Part shown: piece after piece, positions 1 to 9,303 of the stretch
Layout of the letters: every line of letters starts with the position of its first letter
How positions within the stretch are numbered: position 1 is the stretch's first letter
IMG/VR virus record: IMGVR_UViG_3300012038_000025
Location: 1 to 38,478 of that record
Strand: one strand, 5' to 3'
DNA from: a virus
Taxonomy: Duplodnaviria; Caudoviricetes
DNA length: 38,478 bases
Translations under genes and position numbers: made by a program
Notes under the pieces: model-generated
Database searches by the model: none
What the model was told of the DNA's origin: nothing
What the model saw: only the letters and a program-made list of their open reading frames with translations

Positions 1-2011
1 CCGAGTCCGCCATGAAGAACTCGAAGCCGGCGAGCGCCTGGTTCTTCTTGATGCCTTCGGGCAGATTGGCCGTCTTGGCCTCAATGGCCGCCGTGTCACT
101 CGTCAGGAGCGTCGTATCCGAGTAGACCTTGACGAGCGCGGACTCTGTATCCGACGTGTTGACCTCGATGACGGCCGTGTCGGATTCGACCTTCGTCGTG
201 TCCGAGTAGACCTTCACCAACGCCGATTCCGTGTCGCTGACCCCGACTTCCACCGCCGCGGCATCGCTCTCGATATGCGCGGTGTCGGATTCCACCTTGG
301 TCGTATCGCTGTAGACCTTCACCAAGGCCGAGATGACGTCGGACGTGTCGGACTTCACCACGAGCAGCTGGGATTCGACTTTCGTCGTGTCGGAATACAC
401 CTTCACGAGCGCGCTTTCGGTGTCGCTGACGCCCACCTCAATCGCCGCCGCGTCGGATTCGATCTTGGTCGTATCCGAGTAGACCTTGACCAAGGCGCTC
501 TCGGTGTCGCTGGTGTTGACTTCAATGACCGACGTGTCGCTTTCGATCTTGGTGGTGTCGGAGTACACCTTGACCAAGGCCGACTCGATATCCGAGATGT
601 TGCCTTCGGCCAGGATCGAATCGCTCTGCACGCGCGCCAACTGGCTCGCCTGCGTCGCCGTCAACGCGCCGCCGCCAGCTTCGATCGCGGTGGTATCGGA
701 GTAGACCTTGACGAGGGCACTTCGGATATCCGACGTGTCCGACTTCACAATGAGCACATCGGAGCCGACAATCACGACATCAGACGTGACCTTGGTCAGT
801 TTGGAGTCTTGCGCTGCCGTGAGCGCTCCGCCGCCGGCCTCGATGGCCGTCGTGTCGGAGTAGACCTTCACTAAGGCGGACTCGGTGTCCGACACTCCGA
901 TCTCAATCGCCGCGGTGTCGCTTTCGATCTTCGTGGTGTCCGAATACACCTTCACCAGGGCGCTCTTGATGTCCGAGGTGTCCGACTTCACGATCAGCAC
1001 GTCGGAGCCGATGATGACCACGTCCGACGTCACCTTCGTGAGCTTGGAATCCTGCGCCGCTGACAGGGCACCGCCCGCGGCTTCGATGGCTGTGGTATCG
1101 GAGTAGACCTTGACGAGCGCCGACTCCGTGTCGCTTACCCCGACCTCGATCGCGGCGGCGTCCGACTCGATCTTCGTCGTGTCGGAATACACTTTAACCA
1201 GCGCCGATTCGGTATCAGACACCCCGACTTCAATCGCTGCCGCGTCGGATTCAATGTGGGCCGTATCGCTCTCAATCTTGGTGGTATCGGAGTAGACCTT
1301 AACGAGGGCGCTTTCGGTGTCGGACACGCCGACCTCAATGGCCGCGGCATCCGACTCGATGTGCGCCGTGTCGCTTTCGATTTTGGTCGTGTCGGAATAG
1401 ACCTTCACCAACGCCGACTCGGTGTCAGACGTGTTCACTTCAATGACCGCGGTGTCGGACTCGATCTTGGTGGTGTCGCTGTACACCTTCACCAGCGCAC
1501 TCTCGGTGTCTGAGGTGTTCACGACGATGATCGTCGTATCGCTGTAAACCTTCGCGAGTTCGGACTTGACGTCTGAGACGGCCGGTACGAGCACGGTCGT
1601 GTCGGAGTAGGCTTTCGTCAGTTCGGACTTGATGTCGGAGACAGCAGACATCGGGCTGTGTGAGACAAGGACGATCTCAACGGACGTGGGGTCAAGACCT
1701 GTTCCAGTGACGGTGAGCACGACCGCCCACGCGCCAGTGGCGAACATGGCGTCAGCGCAGTCCAGCCGGTAGAGCCCAGGCGCGTCTGTCGCGTGGACCT
1801 CCTCAAAGCCCCAATCGGTGTGGGCGTCCGTGAGCGCCGAGAGCGCCGCGGGCGTCACGTCGGTGATCACGACGTCGTTGTCGGTCTCAAACCGTGTGTA
1901 CGCGAAATCCACGCTTGCTTCGGTCAGCCCGGTCTTTGGAGCACCAGCGGTGTCGCGGATCAAGATCGGGATCGTGTAATCGGTTTGGCCGATCAAGACT
2001 TCTTGCTTCAA
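1..2011 (-). CDS. Ser/Thr/Asp-rich repeat protein, putative virion fibre (partial, runs off left edge; absent from supplied ORF track)
   Basis: TTG start at 2011 overlaps the upstream stop, with GGAGG at 2017-2021 (minus). My translation begins MKQEVLIGQTDYTIPILIRD, contains about 16 variants of SDTESALVKVYSDTTKIESD, and ends GIKKNQALAGFEFFMADS at the window edge in the same frame. Confidence 0.85.
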   Translation of the reverse strand, partial: MKQEVLIGQTDYTIPILIRDTAGAPKTGLTEASVDFAYTRFETDNDVVITDVTPAALSALTDAHTDWGFEEVHATDAPGLYRLDCADAMFATGAWAVVLTVTGTGLDPTSVEIVLVSHSPMSAVSDIKSELTKAYSDTTVLVPAVSDVKSELAKVYSDTTIIVVNTSDTESALVKVYSDTTKIESDTAVIEVNTSDTESALVKVYSDTTKIESDTAHIESDAAAIEVGVSDTESALVKVYSDTTKIESDTAHIESDAAAIEVGVSDTESALVKVYSDTTKIESDAAAIEVGVSDTESALVKVYSDTTAIEAAGGALSAAQDSKLTKVTSDVVIIGSDVLIVKSDTSDIKSALVKVYSDTTKIESDTAAIEIGVSDTESALVKVYSDTTAIEAGGGALTAAQDSKLTKVTSDVVIVGSDVLIVKSDTSDIRSALVKVYSDTTAIEAGGGALTATQASQLARVQSDSILAEGNISDIESALVKVYSDTTKIESDTSVIEVNTSDTESALVKVYSDTTKIESDAAAIEVGVSDTESALVKVYSDTTKVESQLLVVKSDTSDVISALVKVYSDTTKVESDTAHIESDAAAVEVGVSDTESALVKVYSDTTKVESDTAVIEVNTSDTESALVKVYSDTTLLTSDTAAIEAKTANLPEGIKKNQALAGFEFFMADS
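100..1640 (-). repeat. Intragenic degenerate tandem repeat encoding VKVYSDTT units
   Basis: Recurring GTCGGAGTAGACCTT-like motif on the + strand near 120, 205, 310, 395, 480, 560, 700, 860, 945, 1100, 1185, 1290, 1395, 1480, 1545 and 1605, varying mainly at synonymous positions. Confidence 0.9.
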
Positions 2012-3000
2012 GGGAGCCTCCGGTCGGCCGTGGCCGCACGTAAGACGTCATGGAACTGTTGGGCCGTCACGGCGGGATCGAATCGTCGCTCGGCTTCTCG
2101 CCGGACCGAGGCCCGGTCGGTATCGAGCGCCCGCGCGAAGTCGGTCCGGTAGCCGTTAAGGATCGGCCCCGCGAGTGGCACCACGGGACACCCGCAGGCC
2201 ATCGCTTCGCGCATCGTGCGAGTGGCGATCAGATTCGAGGACAGGGCGAAGGACGCCGCCCGGTAGACGTGCGCGAGCCCGTCCACCCAGGCGCAGACCT
2301 CGCCGAGGTTGCCGTCGTCCTGCACCCGTTTCAGCAGCACGGCCCAGCCCTTTTCCTTCGGGTGCGCGCCGTAGAGGTGCAGCTTCGCGCCGTTCATCTC
2401 GCGCGCCCACAGGGCGAAGGCGTTGACCACGACGAACGGGTCGACGTCGTCGCGCCACGGGTCCGCACAGACGACATTGATACGGCCCTTCTTGCCGTGG
2501 AAGCCGTAGCCCTTCGGCCCGTCTGGCGTCCACGCGGCGAGGTCGACCGACGCCGGCGCACAGGCCACCTTCTTGTCAGGGAACATGACTTGCAGATACG
2601 GGACGTGCTCAGGCCAGAACGTCACGATCGCCTTGAACCGCGCGTCTCGGTTCTTGTGGTAGTGATACGAGTAGATCGGCGTGGCCCCTGACTTCTCGGT
2701 CAGGAACGACGAGCGCGGGCGCCCGTGCGCGACGTGGACGATCGGCTGCGACGACGCCTCCAGTTCCTTGCCGAGCCCGGAATGATTCACGACGACATCG
2801 GCCGCGAGCGCCCACGCCAGATCCGCGAAGGGTGCGCCGCGGTCCTCGGCGCCTGACGGGTGCAGCTTGTTCTCCGCGCGCGTCGGGTCCACGAGCCGAG
2901 CATCCACGCCACGAGCACGGAGGCCGGCCACGAGTTCGCGCGTGGTCTCATAGAGCCCGCACCTCCCCGGAGTGACACAAGCCACATGTGCTGACGTCAT
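2008..3000 (-). CDS. GT-B fold glycosyltransferase (GT4-like)
   Basis: C-terminal EAMACGCPVV motif preceded by LAHVYRAASF; typical length (330 aa); coupled to both neighbours. Confidence 0.85.
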   Translation of the reverse strand: MTSAHVACVTPGRCGLYETTRELVAGLRARGVDARLVDPTRAENKLHPSGAEDRGAPFADLAWALAADVVVNHSGLGKELEASSQPIVHVAHGRPRSSFLTEKSGATPIYSYHYHKNRDARFKAIVTFWPEHVPYLQVMFPDKKVACAPASVDLAAWTPDGPKGYGFHGKKGRINVVCADPWRDDVDPFVVVNAFALWAREMNGAKLHLYGAHPKEKGWAVLLKRVQDDGNLGEVCAWVDGLAHVYRAASFALSSNLIATRTMREAMACGCPVVPLAGPILNGYRTDFARALDTDRASVRREAERRFDPAVTAQQFHDVLRAATADRRLP

Positions 3001-3812
3001 CCGCGCATGTCCTGCATGTCGACCGGAGACGCCATGTCCCGTGCGACGAACGGCAGAATTGACCCACCTGGGGCCGCGGCCACTTCATAGGGCACATACA
3101 ACTGCCCCACGCGCCGGAATGGGAGCGGCACATGGTCGCCCACCGCGCAGCCGGTTTCCGTGCCGTGATTGCCCACGCCGGAATAGTCCGGTTGCGTGGC
3201 CCCGGCCGCGGCGTAGCCGTAGCGCGAGAACAGCGAGCAGCCAGAGACGGCCGGGACGCGGCTGAACTGTTGGCGCTGCGCTTGCGCGAGCGTCAGGACG
3301 ACACCTGGCCAGAACATCATCGAGGCGAAGCGATACGCCCCCGATTCAGAATCAGCGCCGTTATCGCCCGTCGTGAATGTCGCCCCTGTATTGGACAAGT
3401 AGCCAGACGATGGGTCCGTCGCGGTGCCGAGTGTCTTCAGCACGGCGAGTGTCGAGAGATCCCCGACGTAGAAGTTCACCTTCACGCCCGCGCCAGCGCC
3501 TTGATCCACCGTCACGACGAGATACCACCACTTATCGGCCGTGATGCCGGCGTTGTTGGTTTCGTAGGCTAGATTTGCGCCGCCAGCGCCGCGCCGCCAC
3601 GAGAGACGAATCTCGTCCTCGGTTCCGACACCGGTGCCGGACACGATTCCGGGGACATTGAACGACCCAGACCACAGGGTGCTCAGTGTCCCGCCATTCA
3701 CGAGCGACCCCACGGGATAGAACCACAAGGCCCATGATGCCGCGGTAAATCCACCGAGCGACGTCCCGTGCTCGATGCGATCCGTGGAGCCGTCCGTAGT
3801 AACAAGGCTCAT
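2997..3812 (-). CDS. LamG/concanavalin A-like domain protein, probable tail/receptor-binding accessory
   Basis: Beta-rich pattern FTAASWALWFYP ... ITADKWWYLVVTVD ... VNFYVG ... DYSGVGNHGT, typical of phage LamG-like domains. Confidence 0.65.
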   Translation of the reverse strand: MSLVTTDGSTDRIEHGTSLGGFTAASWALWFYPVGSLVNGGTLSTLWSGSFNVPGIVSGTGVGTEDEIRLSWRRGAGGANLAYETNNAGITADKWWYLVVTVDQGAGAGVKVNFYVGDLSTLAVLKTLGTATDPSSGYLSNTGATFTTGDNGADSESGAYRFASMMFWPGVVLTLAQAQRQQFSRVPAVSGCSLFSRYGYAAAGATQPDYSGVGNHGTETGCAVGDHVPLPFRRVGQLYVPYEVAAAPGGSILPFVARDMASPVDMQDMRG

Positions 3813-3815
3813 GGC

Positions 3816-4316
3816 TTACACGTCGGCGTACTCGAACGCCACACCCTCGAACAGGGCTTCAGCGGCCATCGTGTCCGCCGCGTCCAGTCCATCGCGCGAT
3901 ACCTTCAGGAGCACGACGTCTTCCACCGCGAACGTGCTCCCCGTGGGCGTCACTTCGGATTCGTTGCGGTCGAGCGCCGTGCCGTTTGTCGTCGTCGTGA
4001 CGGTTTCCGACTCGTCGGCCGCGGCGGGGTCCAGCGTCTCGGCCACTGCCACCGCGACAAAGTCCACGTCCCACACGACGTCGCCGGAGGTCGCCGTGGA
4101 TTTCCATATCACTTGGAGCTTCGGCGTGCCGACGTAGTTGACCGGGATCTGAAACGTCGCGCCCGCGCTGACCTTCGTGCCGGAATCCTTGAACGCCAGA
4201 ATCTCGCGGGGGACAAAGTCGTTGGAGTCGTTGACGGACGACGGCTTGGGGTAGCAGTTCCCGCTCGTGTCTGGCAGGAAGGCAATCGCCGGAATATAGA
4301 GTCGGTGTGTCGCCAT
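3816..4316 (-). CDS. Hypothetical beta-rich virion-associated protein
   Basis: 166 aa, acidic, beta-strand pattern; ATG overlaps the upstream TAA. Confidence 0.65.
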   Translation of the reverse strand: MATHRLYIPAIAFLPDTSGNCYPKPSSVNDSNDFVPREILAFKDSGTKVSAGATFQIPVNYVGTPKLQVIWKSTATSGDVVWDVDFVAVAVAETLDPAAADESETVTTTTNGTALDRNESEVTPTGSTFAVEDVVLLKVSRDGLDAADTMAAEALFEGVAFEYADV

Positions 4317-4597
4317 TACAGGATGTCCTTCTGAAAGGTCAGATCAGCCCACAGCGCAAACAGGATCTTCTTCTGCGCGTTCGTCCAACTGAACGCGGAC
4401 GAGGCATCAACCGCGGCGCTGGTGATCTGCTGGACGGTCTGGCCGGCCTGCCCAGCGACCAGCGGCGTCGTCCGGATCGTGTCTTCGATCGCCTGCAGCG
4501 CCGCGTTGACCTGCGCTTTCGTGTACGTCACGGGCGCGAATCTGCCTTCGCAGGTATTCCGCATCTTGGCGAGTTCGGTCGTGGTCAGTGTTGCCAT
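4316..4597 (-). CDS. Hypothetical protein
   Basis: 93 aa; GAGGA RBS before ATG; packed within the operon. Confidence 0.7.
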   Translation of the reverse strand: MATLTTTELAKMRNTCEGRFAPVTYTKAQVNAALQAIEDTIRTTPLVAGQAGQTVQQITSAAVDASSAFSWTNAQKKILFALWADLTFQKDIL

Positions 4598-4604
4598 ATC
4601 GTCC

Positions 4605-4991
4605 TCAACTCAACACCACGCAGCCGCCGCGGAAGACCGGATCGTCGGCGGCCACGGAGGACGACGCGCGCAGGAATAGCAATTTCATGCCGGACAGACC
4701 GAGGCCCGCGATGTCGATCTCGGCCGTCGCCAGCGTCTTCTCGCCAGAGGCCCCCGCGTCGGCAATCGTGGCGAGCGCGGCGCTATTCGTCTCGTTCCAC
4801 AGTTGCCACGTCTGCGTCCCGCTGCCGATCTTGTTCACGCGGACGGTGAGCTTGACCTTGGTCACGTTGGTAAAGTCGGCCTCGGCAATCCCGAGCACGA
4901 CTGGATTCGTGCCGATGTTCGTCAACGTGACTACCCCGCCGATCGGCAAGGTCGTGACGTTGTATGGCGGCTTCTCCCAGGCTGGTCTCAT
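4605..4991 (-). CDS. Hypothetical beta-rich protein
   Basis: Start reassigned to ATG 4991 (MRPAWEKPPY), an ATGA overlap with the upstream stop. Confidence 0.65.
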   Translation of the reverse strand: MRPAWEKPPYNVTTLPIGGVVTLTNIGTNPVVLGIAEADFTNVTKVKLTVRVNKIGSGTQTWQLWNETNSAALATIADAGASGEKTLATAEIDIAGLGLSGMKLLFLRASSSVAADDPVFRGGCVVLS

Positions 4992-6655
4992 CGCGTCACC
5001 GTCGCCGTGCAGCCGCGCGTGTCTGTGACCGTGAGGGTGCCAGGCCAGGCAAAGTCGAAGAACGCCCACGCCTTCGTCCCCGTGTCGAATGTCACCGACC
5101 GTCGGCCCGTATTCGCGGAGGGCCACGCGATCCGCGTCACGCGCAGCGGATCGCTCGCGCACGGATTGACCGGCGGTGGCGGCGGTGGAGGTGGAGGCGG
5201 CGGCGGAACAGGGTCAGTCACCGTGACGCCGACCGAGTCTGTCGCCGTGAGGCCAGCGGCGTCTCGAGCTGTGGCCGTGACGGCATAGGTGCCAGCGCCA
5301 GTCGGCGTGAAGGCCGTAGAGTAGGGCGCCACGGCGTCGACCGTGACCCGCTGGCCGTTGACCTGGAACTCCACGTCGAGCACGCCCACGTTGTCGAGCG
5401 CCACGGCACTTAGGGCCACCGTCTGACCAGTGAACGGTAACGTCGGCGTTACCGTCAGCGACACCGAGGGCGGGGTCGTGTCAACTGGCGGCGGCGGTGG
5501 CGGCGGCGTGGACCCGCTGATCGTGTAGACCTTGATCCGCGGCTTCGGGTTGTTGCCCATCTGCTCCGTCACGAAGATCCGCCCCGTCGCGGGGTCGTAC
5601 GCCGCGCCCGCGATCGGCTGGTTGATATTCGGCAGCGTGGCGACTGACGTCGGCACGACCTCCCAGAATTGTTTCGTGCCCGCCTTGACGGCGGCGAGAT
5701 CGTGTGCGTCATAGAACCAGACGCGCGGCACGACCGGATCGGCGTGCGATCCGTAGGTGCCAGTACCACAGAGCCCGTAGCAGAACGTCCCCAGCCCGAG
5801 GTGCCCGATGAAGACGACCGAGGCCGTATTCTCCGGCAGCATCACGCCGACGACGTCCGCGGTGTCGTTGTAGATCGTGCCGGTCTGGTTCCAATCCCCG
5901 ACCGTGCGGTGGGCGGTGTCATAGCCGACGAGCATCGTCGCGGGCGTGGGGTTCGTCCCTGCCAGAAGCGCAGACTTCATCACGGCGCTGAGCGACGGCC
6001 CGTACGATGTGCGCTCAACAATGCTCAAGCAGCACTGCCCGGTGAACGTGTCGCCGCCGAGCGCGGCCTGCCAGACGGTCGGGATGCGGCTCATGTAGCC
6101 GGCGTACCAGCCGGGATTCTGCGAGCCCACACGATACGGACCGATCAGCGTGCCGGTCGCTGACAGGTTCGCCGAGCGCACGAAATGCGAACTCGTCGCC
6201 GTCTTGGACCCGTCGTAATAGCTGTACGCGCTGATGACGAGCTGGCCGCCCTCCACGAACATGCCGCCGATCTTCTTGGCGTTGCCATCGGTCGGATTGA
6301 TCTGGTTCAGGCGCCCTTCGAGCGCATCGCTGAAGCCCTGCCGCATCGTCGCTTGGCCGCCGATGGCGGGGATCGTGATCTCGGCCACGGGTGCCGTTCC
6401 AGGCGGAGCGTAACCCGCCACAAACAGCGAGTTATTCGCCGGGTTGAACGCGATCACGCCGTTGCCCCAGTCGAACCCTGAATCGTTGGGCACGTCGAAC
6501 GAGCCCTGATAGATCAGATCGCTGACCGTGAGCAGCCGCGTCGGCAGCGCTTGCGCCTGGAGGCGCGTGCAGTAGGCCCCACCCTCAAGGCAGAGCACGA
6601 CAAGCCCGACGAGTGCGAACAGTGACCGGATGGCCGTGTGCATGGGGAGCCTCAC
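4988..6655 (-). CDS. Putative exported protein: beta-rich domain, poly-Pro linkers and Ig-like domain
   Basis: Hydrophobic N-terminus (SLFALVGLVVLCL); two poly-Pro tracts flank DTTPPSVSL...ALDNVGVLDVEFQVNG...YAVTATARDAAGLT, a bacterial Ig-like signature. Confidence 0.75.
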   Translation of the reverse strand: MRLPMHTAIRSLFALVGLVVLCLEGGAYCTRLQAQALPTRLLTVSDLIYQGSFDVPNDSGFDWGNGVIAFNPANNSLFVAGYAPPGTAPVAEITIPAIGGQATMRQGFSDALEGRLNQINPTDGNAKKIGGMFVEGGQLVISAYSYYDGSKTATSSHFVRSANLSATGTLIGPYRVGSQNPGWYAGYMSRIPTVWQAALGGDTFTGQCCLSIVERTSYGPSLSAVMKSALLAGTNPTPATMLVGYDTAHRTVGDWNQTGTIYNDTADVVGVMLPENTASVVFIGHLGLGTFCYGLCGTGTYGSHADPVVPRVWFYDAHDLAAVKAGTKQFWEVVPTSVATLPNINQPIAGAAYDPATGRIFVTEQMGNNPKPRIKVYTISGSTPPPPPPPVDTTPPSVSLTVTPTLPFTGQTVALSAVALDNVGVLDVEFQVNGQRVTVDAVAPYSTAFTPTGAGTYAVTATARDAAGLTATDSVGVTVTDPVPPPPPPPPPPPPVNPCASDPLRVTRIAWPSANTGRRSVTFDTGTKAWAFFDFAWPGTLTVTDTRGCTATVTR

Positions 6656-6840
6656 AGACAGGAACCAGCGGACTGCCAGACAAAATGACCAGCGAGGACG
6701 CCGAAGAGAAACGGGACGAGCGGCTTCTTGGACGCCTTCCAGAAGATTTCGGAGATCGTGTCGCCCGGTTCCTTGCGTCGAATGGCCCAGATTTCATACG
6801 TCACGATGAGCACGAGCCCGAGAATCAGAATCCAGATCAT
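6652..6840 (-). CDS. Small membrane protein with two hydrophobic segments
   Basis: MIWILILGLVLIVTYEIW...PLVPFLFGVLAGHFVW; ATG 6840 overlaps the upstream stop. Confidence 0.7.
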   Translation of the reverse strand: MIWILILGLVLIVTYEIWAIRRKEPGDTISEIFWKASKKPLVPFLFGVLAGHFVWQSAGSCL

Positions 6841-7838
6841 TTCCGTCCCTCCCACCAGGCCCGCAAGATCGCGGCAATCAACGCACGCCACCACGGCTCG
6901 CGCGGGGGCTCAGGGTTCACGACGGGCGGCTCCACGGGCGGCGGTTCGATCACTGGCGGCTCGGGAGGAATCACAATCGGCGGTTCCGGTTGCGGAGGCT
7001 CCACGGGCGGAATGACAATCACCGGAGGCTCCGGCCTGACGAGCGCCTTCCGCGGCCACCGCGTGTCGATCTGTTGCGTGCGCCCCGCGTACGGCCCTTC
7101 GCCTTGCGAATCGCTCCAGCCCACCACGAGATGCACGTCGTCCAGCGCCACGAGATCGGGCGAGAAGAAGTGCTCGCCGTCGCCATCGATCTGCCAGCCT
7201 TCGAGCGAGTCAATCGGCCGGACCATGAGCCAGTCATGCCCGCGCTCGACGATGTAGACCTGCGTGGGCGTCTCCGCGAGCCGGAGGCTGTTGACGTGCT
7301 CCGCTCGAGCGACAAAGCCCGCGAGGCCGTGCGTCTGCACCGCGCCAGCGAGCCAGGCCAATCGCAGACCTTTCAACGCGGAGACTTGCGGGCCTGCCGT
7401 GGCGTCGTAGAGGATCGGCGGCGTCGCCAACGTCAGGAGCGGCTGGCCGCTGAGGTGCGGATCCGCGTGGTACGCCCGGATGTCCGTGCCTGTCTGGTAC
7501 GTCGTGACGTAGACCAGCCCGTCTGGCCCGACGTCGAGCACGTTGTCATCGGGCAAGAACAGCCCGTCATTCTGGACTTTGCCGTCCTCGTCGATCGTGA
7601 CGTTCCCGCGCACCTTGACGCCGCCTGGAGCCAGCGCCGCCCACACGTTGCCGCCACCGCGGAGCCATTGCGCCCCGTGCTCGGTTTCCTTGATCGCGTG
7701 CGCCCCGTCGAAGTCCGCGGTTTCAATCGACCAGCCCGTCGCGTCGGAGCCGACTTGGCGGGCCATGCGCGATGCGTTGATCGGGCACACCTTGGACGCC
7801 ACGCCGAGGAGCGGTTGACCGGTCTGCGTCAGCCTCAC
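6837..7838 (-). CDS. Hypothetical protein with Pro-rich C-terminal linker and amphipathic tail
   Basis: Start reassigned to GTG 7838 (GTGA overlap); PPVIVIPPVEPP repeats followed by WWRALIAAILRAWW. Confidence 0.65.
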   Translation of the reverse strand: MRLTQTGQPLLGVASKVCPINASRMARQVGSDATGWSIETADFDGAHAIKETEHGAQWLRGGGNVWAALAPGGVKVRGNVTIDEDGKVQNDGLFLPDDNVLDVGPDGLVYVTTYQTGTDIRAYHADPHLSGQPLLTLATPPILYDATAGPQVSALKGLRLAWLAGAVQTHGLAGFVARAEHVNSLRLAETPTQVYIVERGHDWLMVRPIDSLEGWQIDGDGEHFFSPDLVALDDVHLVVGWSDSQGEGPYAGRTQQIDTRWPRKALVRPEPPVIVIPPVEPPQPEPPIVIPPEPPVIEPPPVEPPVVNPEPPREPWWRALIAAILRAWWEGRK

Positions 7839-8053
7839 GCCATCGCTCCGATGTGAAGGCTCGCCGGCTTGCCGTCCTGGTCGAGATGCACGTAGAGCAT
7901 CGCGGCCCTCCACGTCCGTTTCACTTCGCCGCCGGGATGCACAATCCTCCCGCCGCGAAAGCGCACTGGCATCGCGTAGGACCACGACGTCCGGCCCGGT
8001 CGCTGATACATCGCGGCCTTCACGAGCGGCGGCGGCGGCCCTGGCACACTCAC
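7835..8053 (-). CDS. Small hypothetical protein
   Basis: GTG 8053 overlaps the upstream TGA and its stop overlaps the next start, filling the gap exactly. Confidence 0.45.
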   Translation of the reverse strand: MSVPGPPPPLVKAAMYQRPGRTSWSYAMPVRFRGGRIVHPGGEVKRTWRAAMLYVHLDQDGKPASLHIGAMA

Positions 8054-8292
8054 CACGTCACCGTCCCTTTGGCCCCGGCGTCCCAGCCTTGCCCCCACAG
8101 CTTCCCGGCATAGCCACCGACACTCAGCCAGTCCTTCGGTTTGTAGCCGGCGTCGAACTGCACGCCCTTGAGCGTGATCCCCGCTGAGGCTTGGCCTTTC
8201 TTGCCGGACGGGATCACCCGCACGGCTTCATCGATCGATTCACGCAACGCGCCCGACATGGGCCGAGGCACCAGAACGGTCGGGCTCGTCAT
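8050..8292 (-). CDS. Small hypothetical protein
   Basis: 80 aa; ATGA coupling; amphipathic beta-strands ending in Trp (GWDAGAKGTVTW). Confidence 0.6.
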   Translation of the reverse strand: MTSPTVLVPRPMSGALRESIDEAVRVIPSGKKGQASAGITLKGVQFDAGYKPKDWLSVGGYAGKLWGQGWDAGAKGTVTW

Positions 8293-8663
8293 TGCCCCGG
8301 TGCCTGCTGAGGGTTGTTCGTGGCCCCCATGCCTTCGTCCACAATCGCCGCCGTGACCTTGCGCTCAATCTCGGCGCGGTCGGCCTTCGGCAACTTCTCG
8401 ATCACCGTCGCCACCGCGGCGCCGAACTTCTCAGGCGAGGCCATCGCGCGAGTCCCGGCCTTCAACTTCGCGGCGGCCAGTTCCTCGACGAGCTTCACGG
8501 CCTCACGGGCGGCGTATTGCAACTGCGCCTCCTGCGCCGCGGAGACTTCGAGTCGATACTTGGACCGCAACGTGGCGATCAGCATCGGCCCCAACACGGA
8601 GATCGCGGCAATGCCGAGACCGCCGACGATCTTGATGATTTCGAGCCAGAGTTCGTCCGACAT
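8289..8663 (-). CDS. Putative holin (single N-terminal TM, LL-H-like)
   Basis: TM segment IIKIVGGLGIAAISVLGPMLIA followed by AAREAVKLVEE...EKF...IERKVTAAI; close to the putative endolysin. Confidence 0.55.
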   Translation of the reverse strand: MSDELWLEIIKIVGGLGIAAISVLGPMLIATLRSKYRLEVSAAQEAQLQYAAREAVKLVEELAAAKLKAGTRAMASPEKFGAAVATVIEKLPKADRAEIERKVTAAIVDEGMGATNNPQQAPGQ

Positions 8664-8845
8664 CAGTTCCCCCAGTAGTCCTCACCGAATGTCTGCTTCT
8701 GTTTCTGCGTCGGCCGCCATTGATGCGTGTCCGGCCCTTGCGCCAACGTCGCGAGGCGCCCGAACTTCGTCTGTGCCATCCGCGGCTGCTCGTCGTTCGC
8801 ACGCGCGGAGAATTGCTCACGGCTCAGTCCTACCCACCAGCTCAC
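8663..8845 (-). CDS. Small hypothetical protein
   Basis: GTG 8845 overlaps the upstream TGA (MSWWVGLSREQF...); stop overlaps the next ATG. Confidence 0.45.
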   Translation of the reverse strand: MSWWVGLSREQFSARANDEQPRMAQTKFGRLATLAQGPDTHQWRPTQKQKQTFGEDYWGN

Positions 8846-9300
8846 GCCGCCAGCCTCCACGCTTCCGCCCACGTTTGCGGGTGCGGCTTCCCCGGCCGCC
8901 ACGTCCGCAGATACACGCGCCACGCTTCCGTCTCGTCCTCGGGTAGCGGCGCCGGATCCGTCCACAGGAGCAACCGCGCGAACATCGCCGCGACGATGTC
9001 GTTGTGCTCCACTGCCAGGTAGCACCCGAAGGGCGTCAACGCTTGCCGGTAGCACAGCGCCGCCATCGCGTCTCGCACGATCACCCGCGTCTGGTCGTGC
9101 CCCAGCACGCCGCGGATCCCGCCCCCCTGCTCGAACTGCCAGAAGCCGCGGGCCGACCCGCCGATCTGCACTCGGTGCTGAAACCGAGACTCCTGCCAAC
9201 CGATCGCCACGAGCATTCGCACCGCCGCGGGCGAGTCCATTGCGACCGGCAGCGCCGTCAGCGCGGCCGGAATGACGTGCGACCGAATGAGTGCGATCAC
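8842..9300 (-). CDS. Putative endolysin, lysozyme/transglycosylase-like fold
   Basis: AIGWQESR (candidate catalytic Glu-Ser) and ARGFWQFE motifs; lies between membrane-protein genes. Confidence 0.6.
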   Translation of the reverse strand: MIALIRSHVIPAALTALPVAMDSPAAVRMLVAIGWQESRFQHRVQIGGSARGFWQFEQGGGIRGVLGHDQTRVIVRDAMAALCYRQALTPFGCYLAVEHNDIVAAMFARLLLWTDPAPLPEDETEAWRVYLRTWRPGKPHPQTWAEAWRLAA

Positions 9301-9303
9301 GTG

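Noticed and set aside
275-1513. Plus-strand ORFs at the left end
   Set aside because: They are antisense shadows of the minus-strand repeat protein, which has an RBS, start coupling and synonymous-site variation.
1-1640. Diversity-generating retroelement template/variable repeats
   Set aside because: Repeat differences are mostly synonymous rather than adenine-specific, and no reverse transcriptase is in the window.
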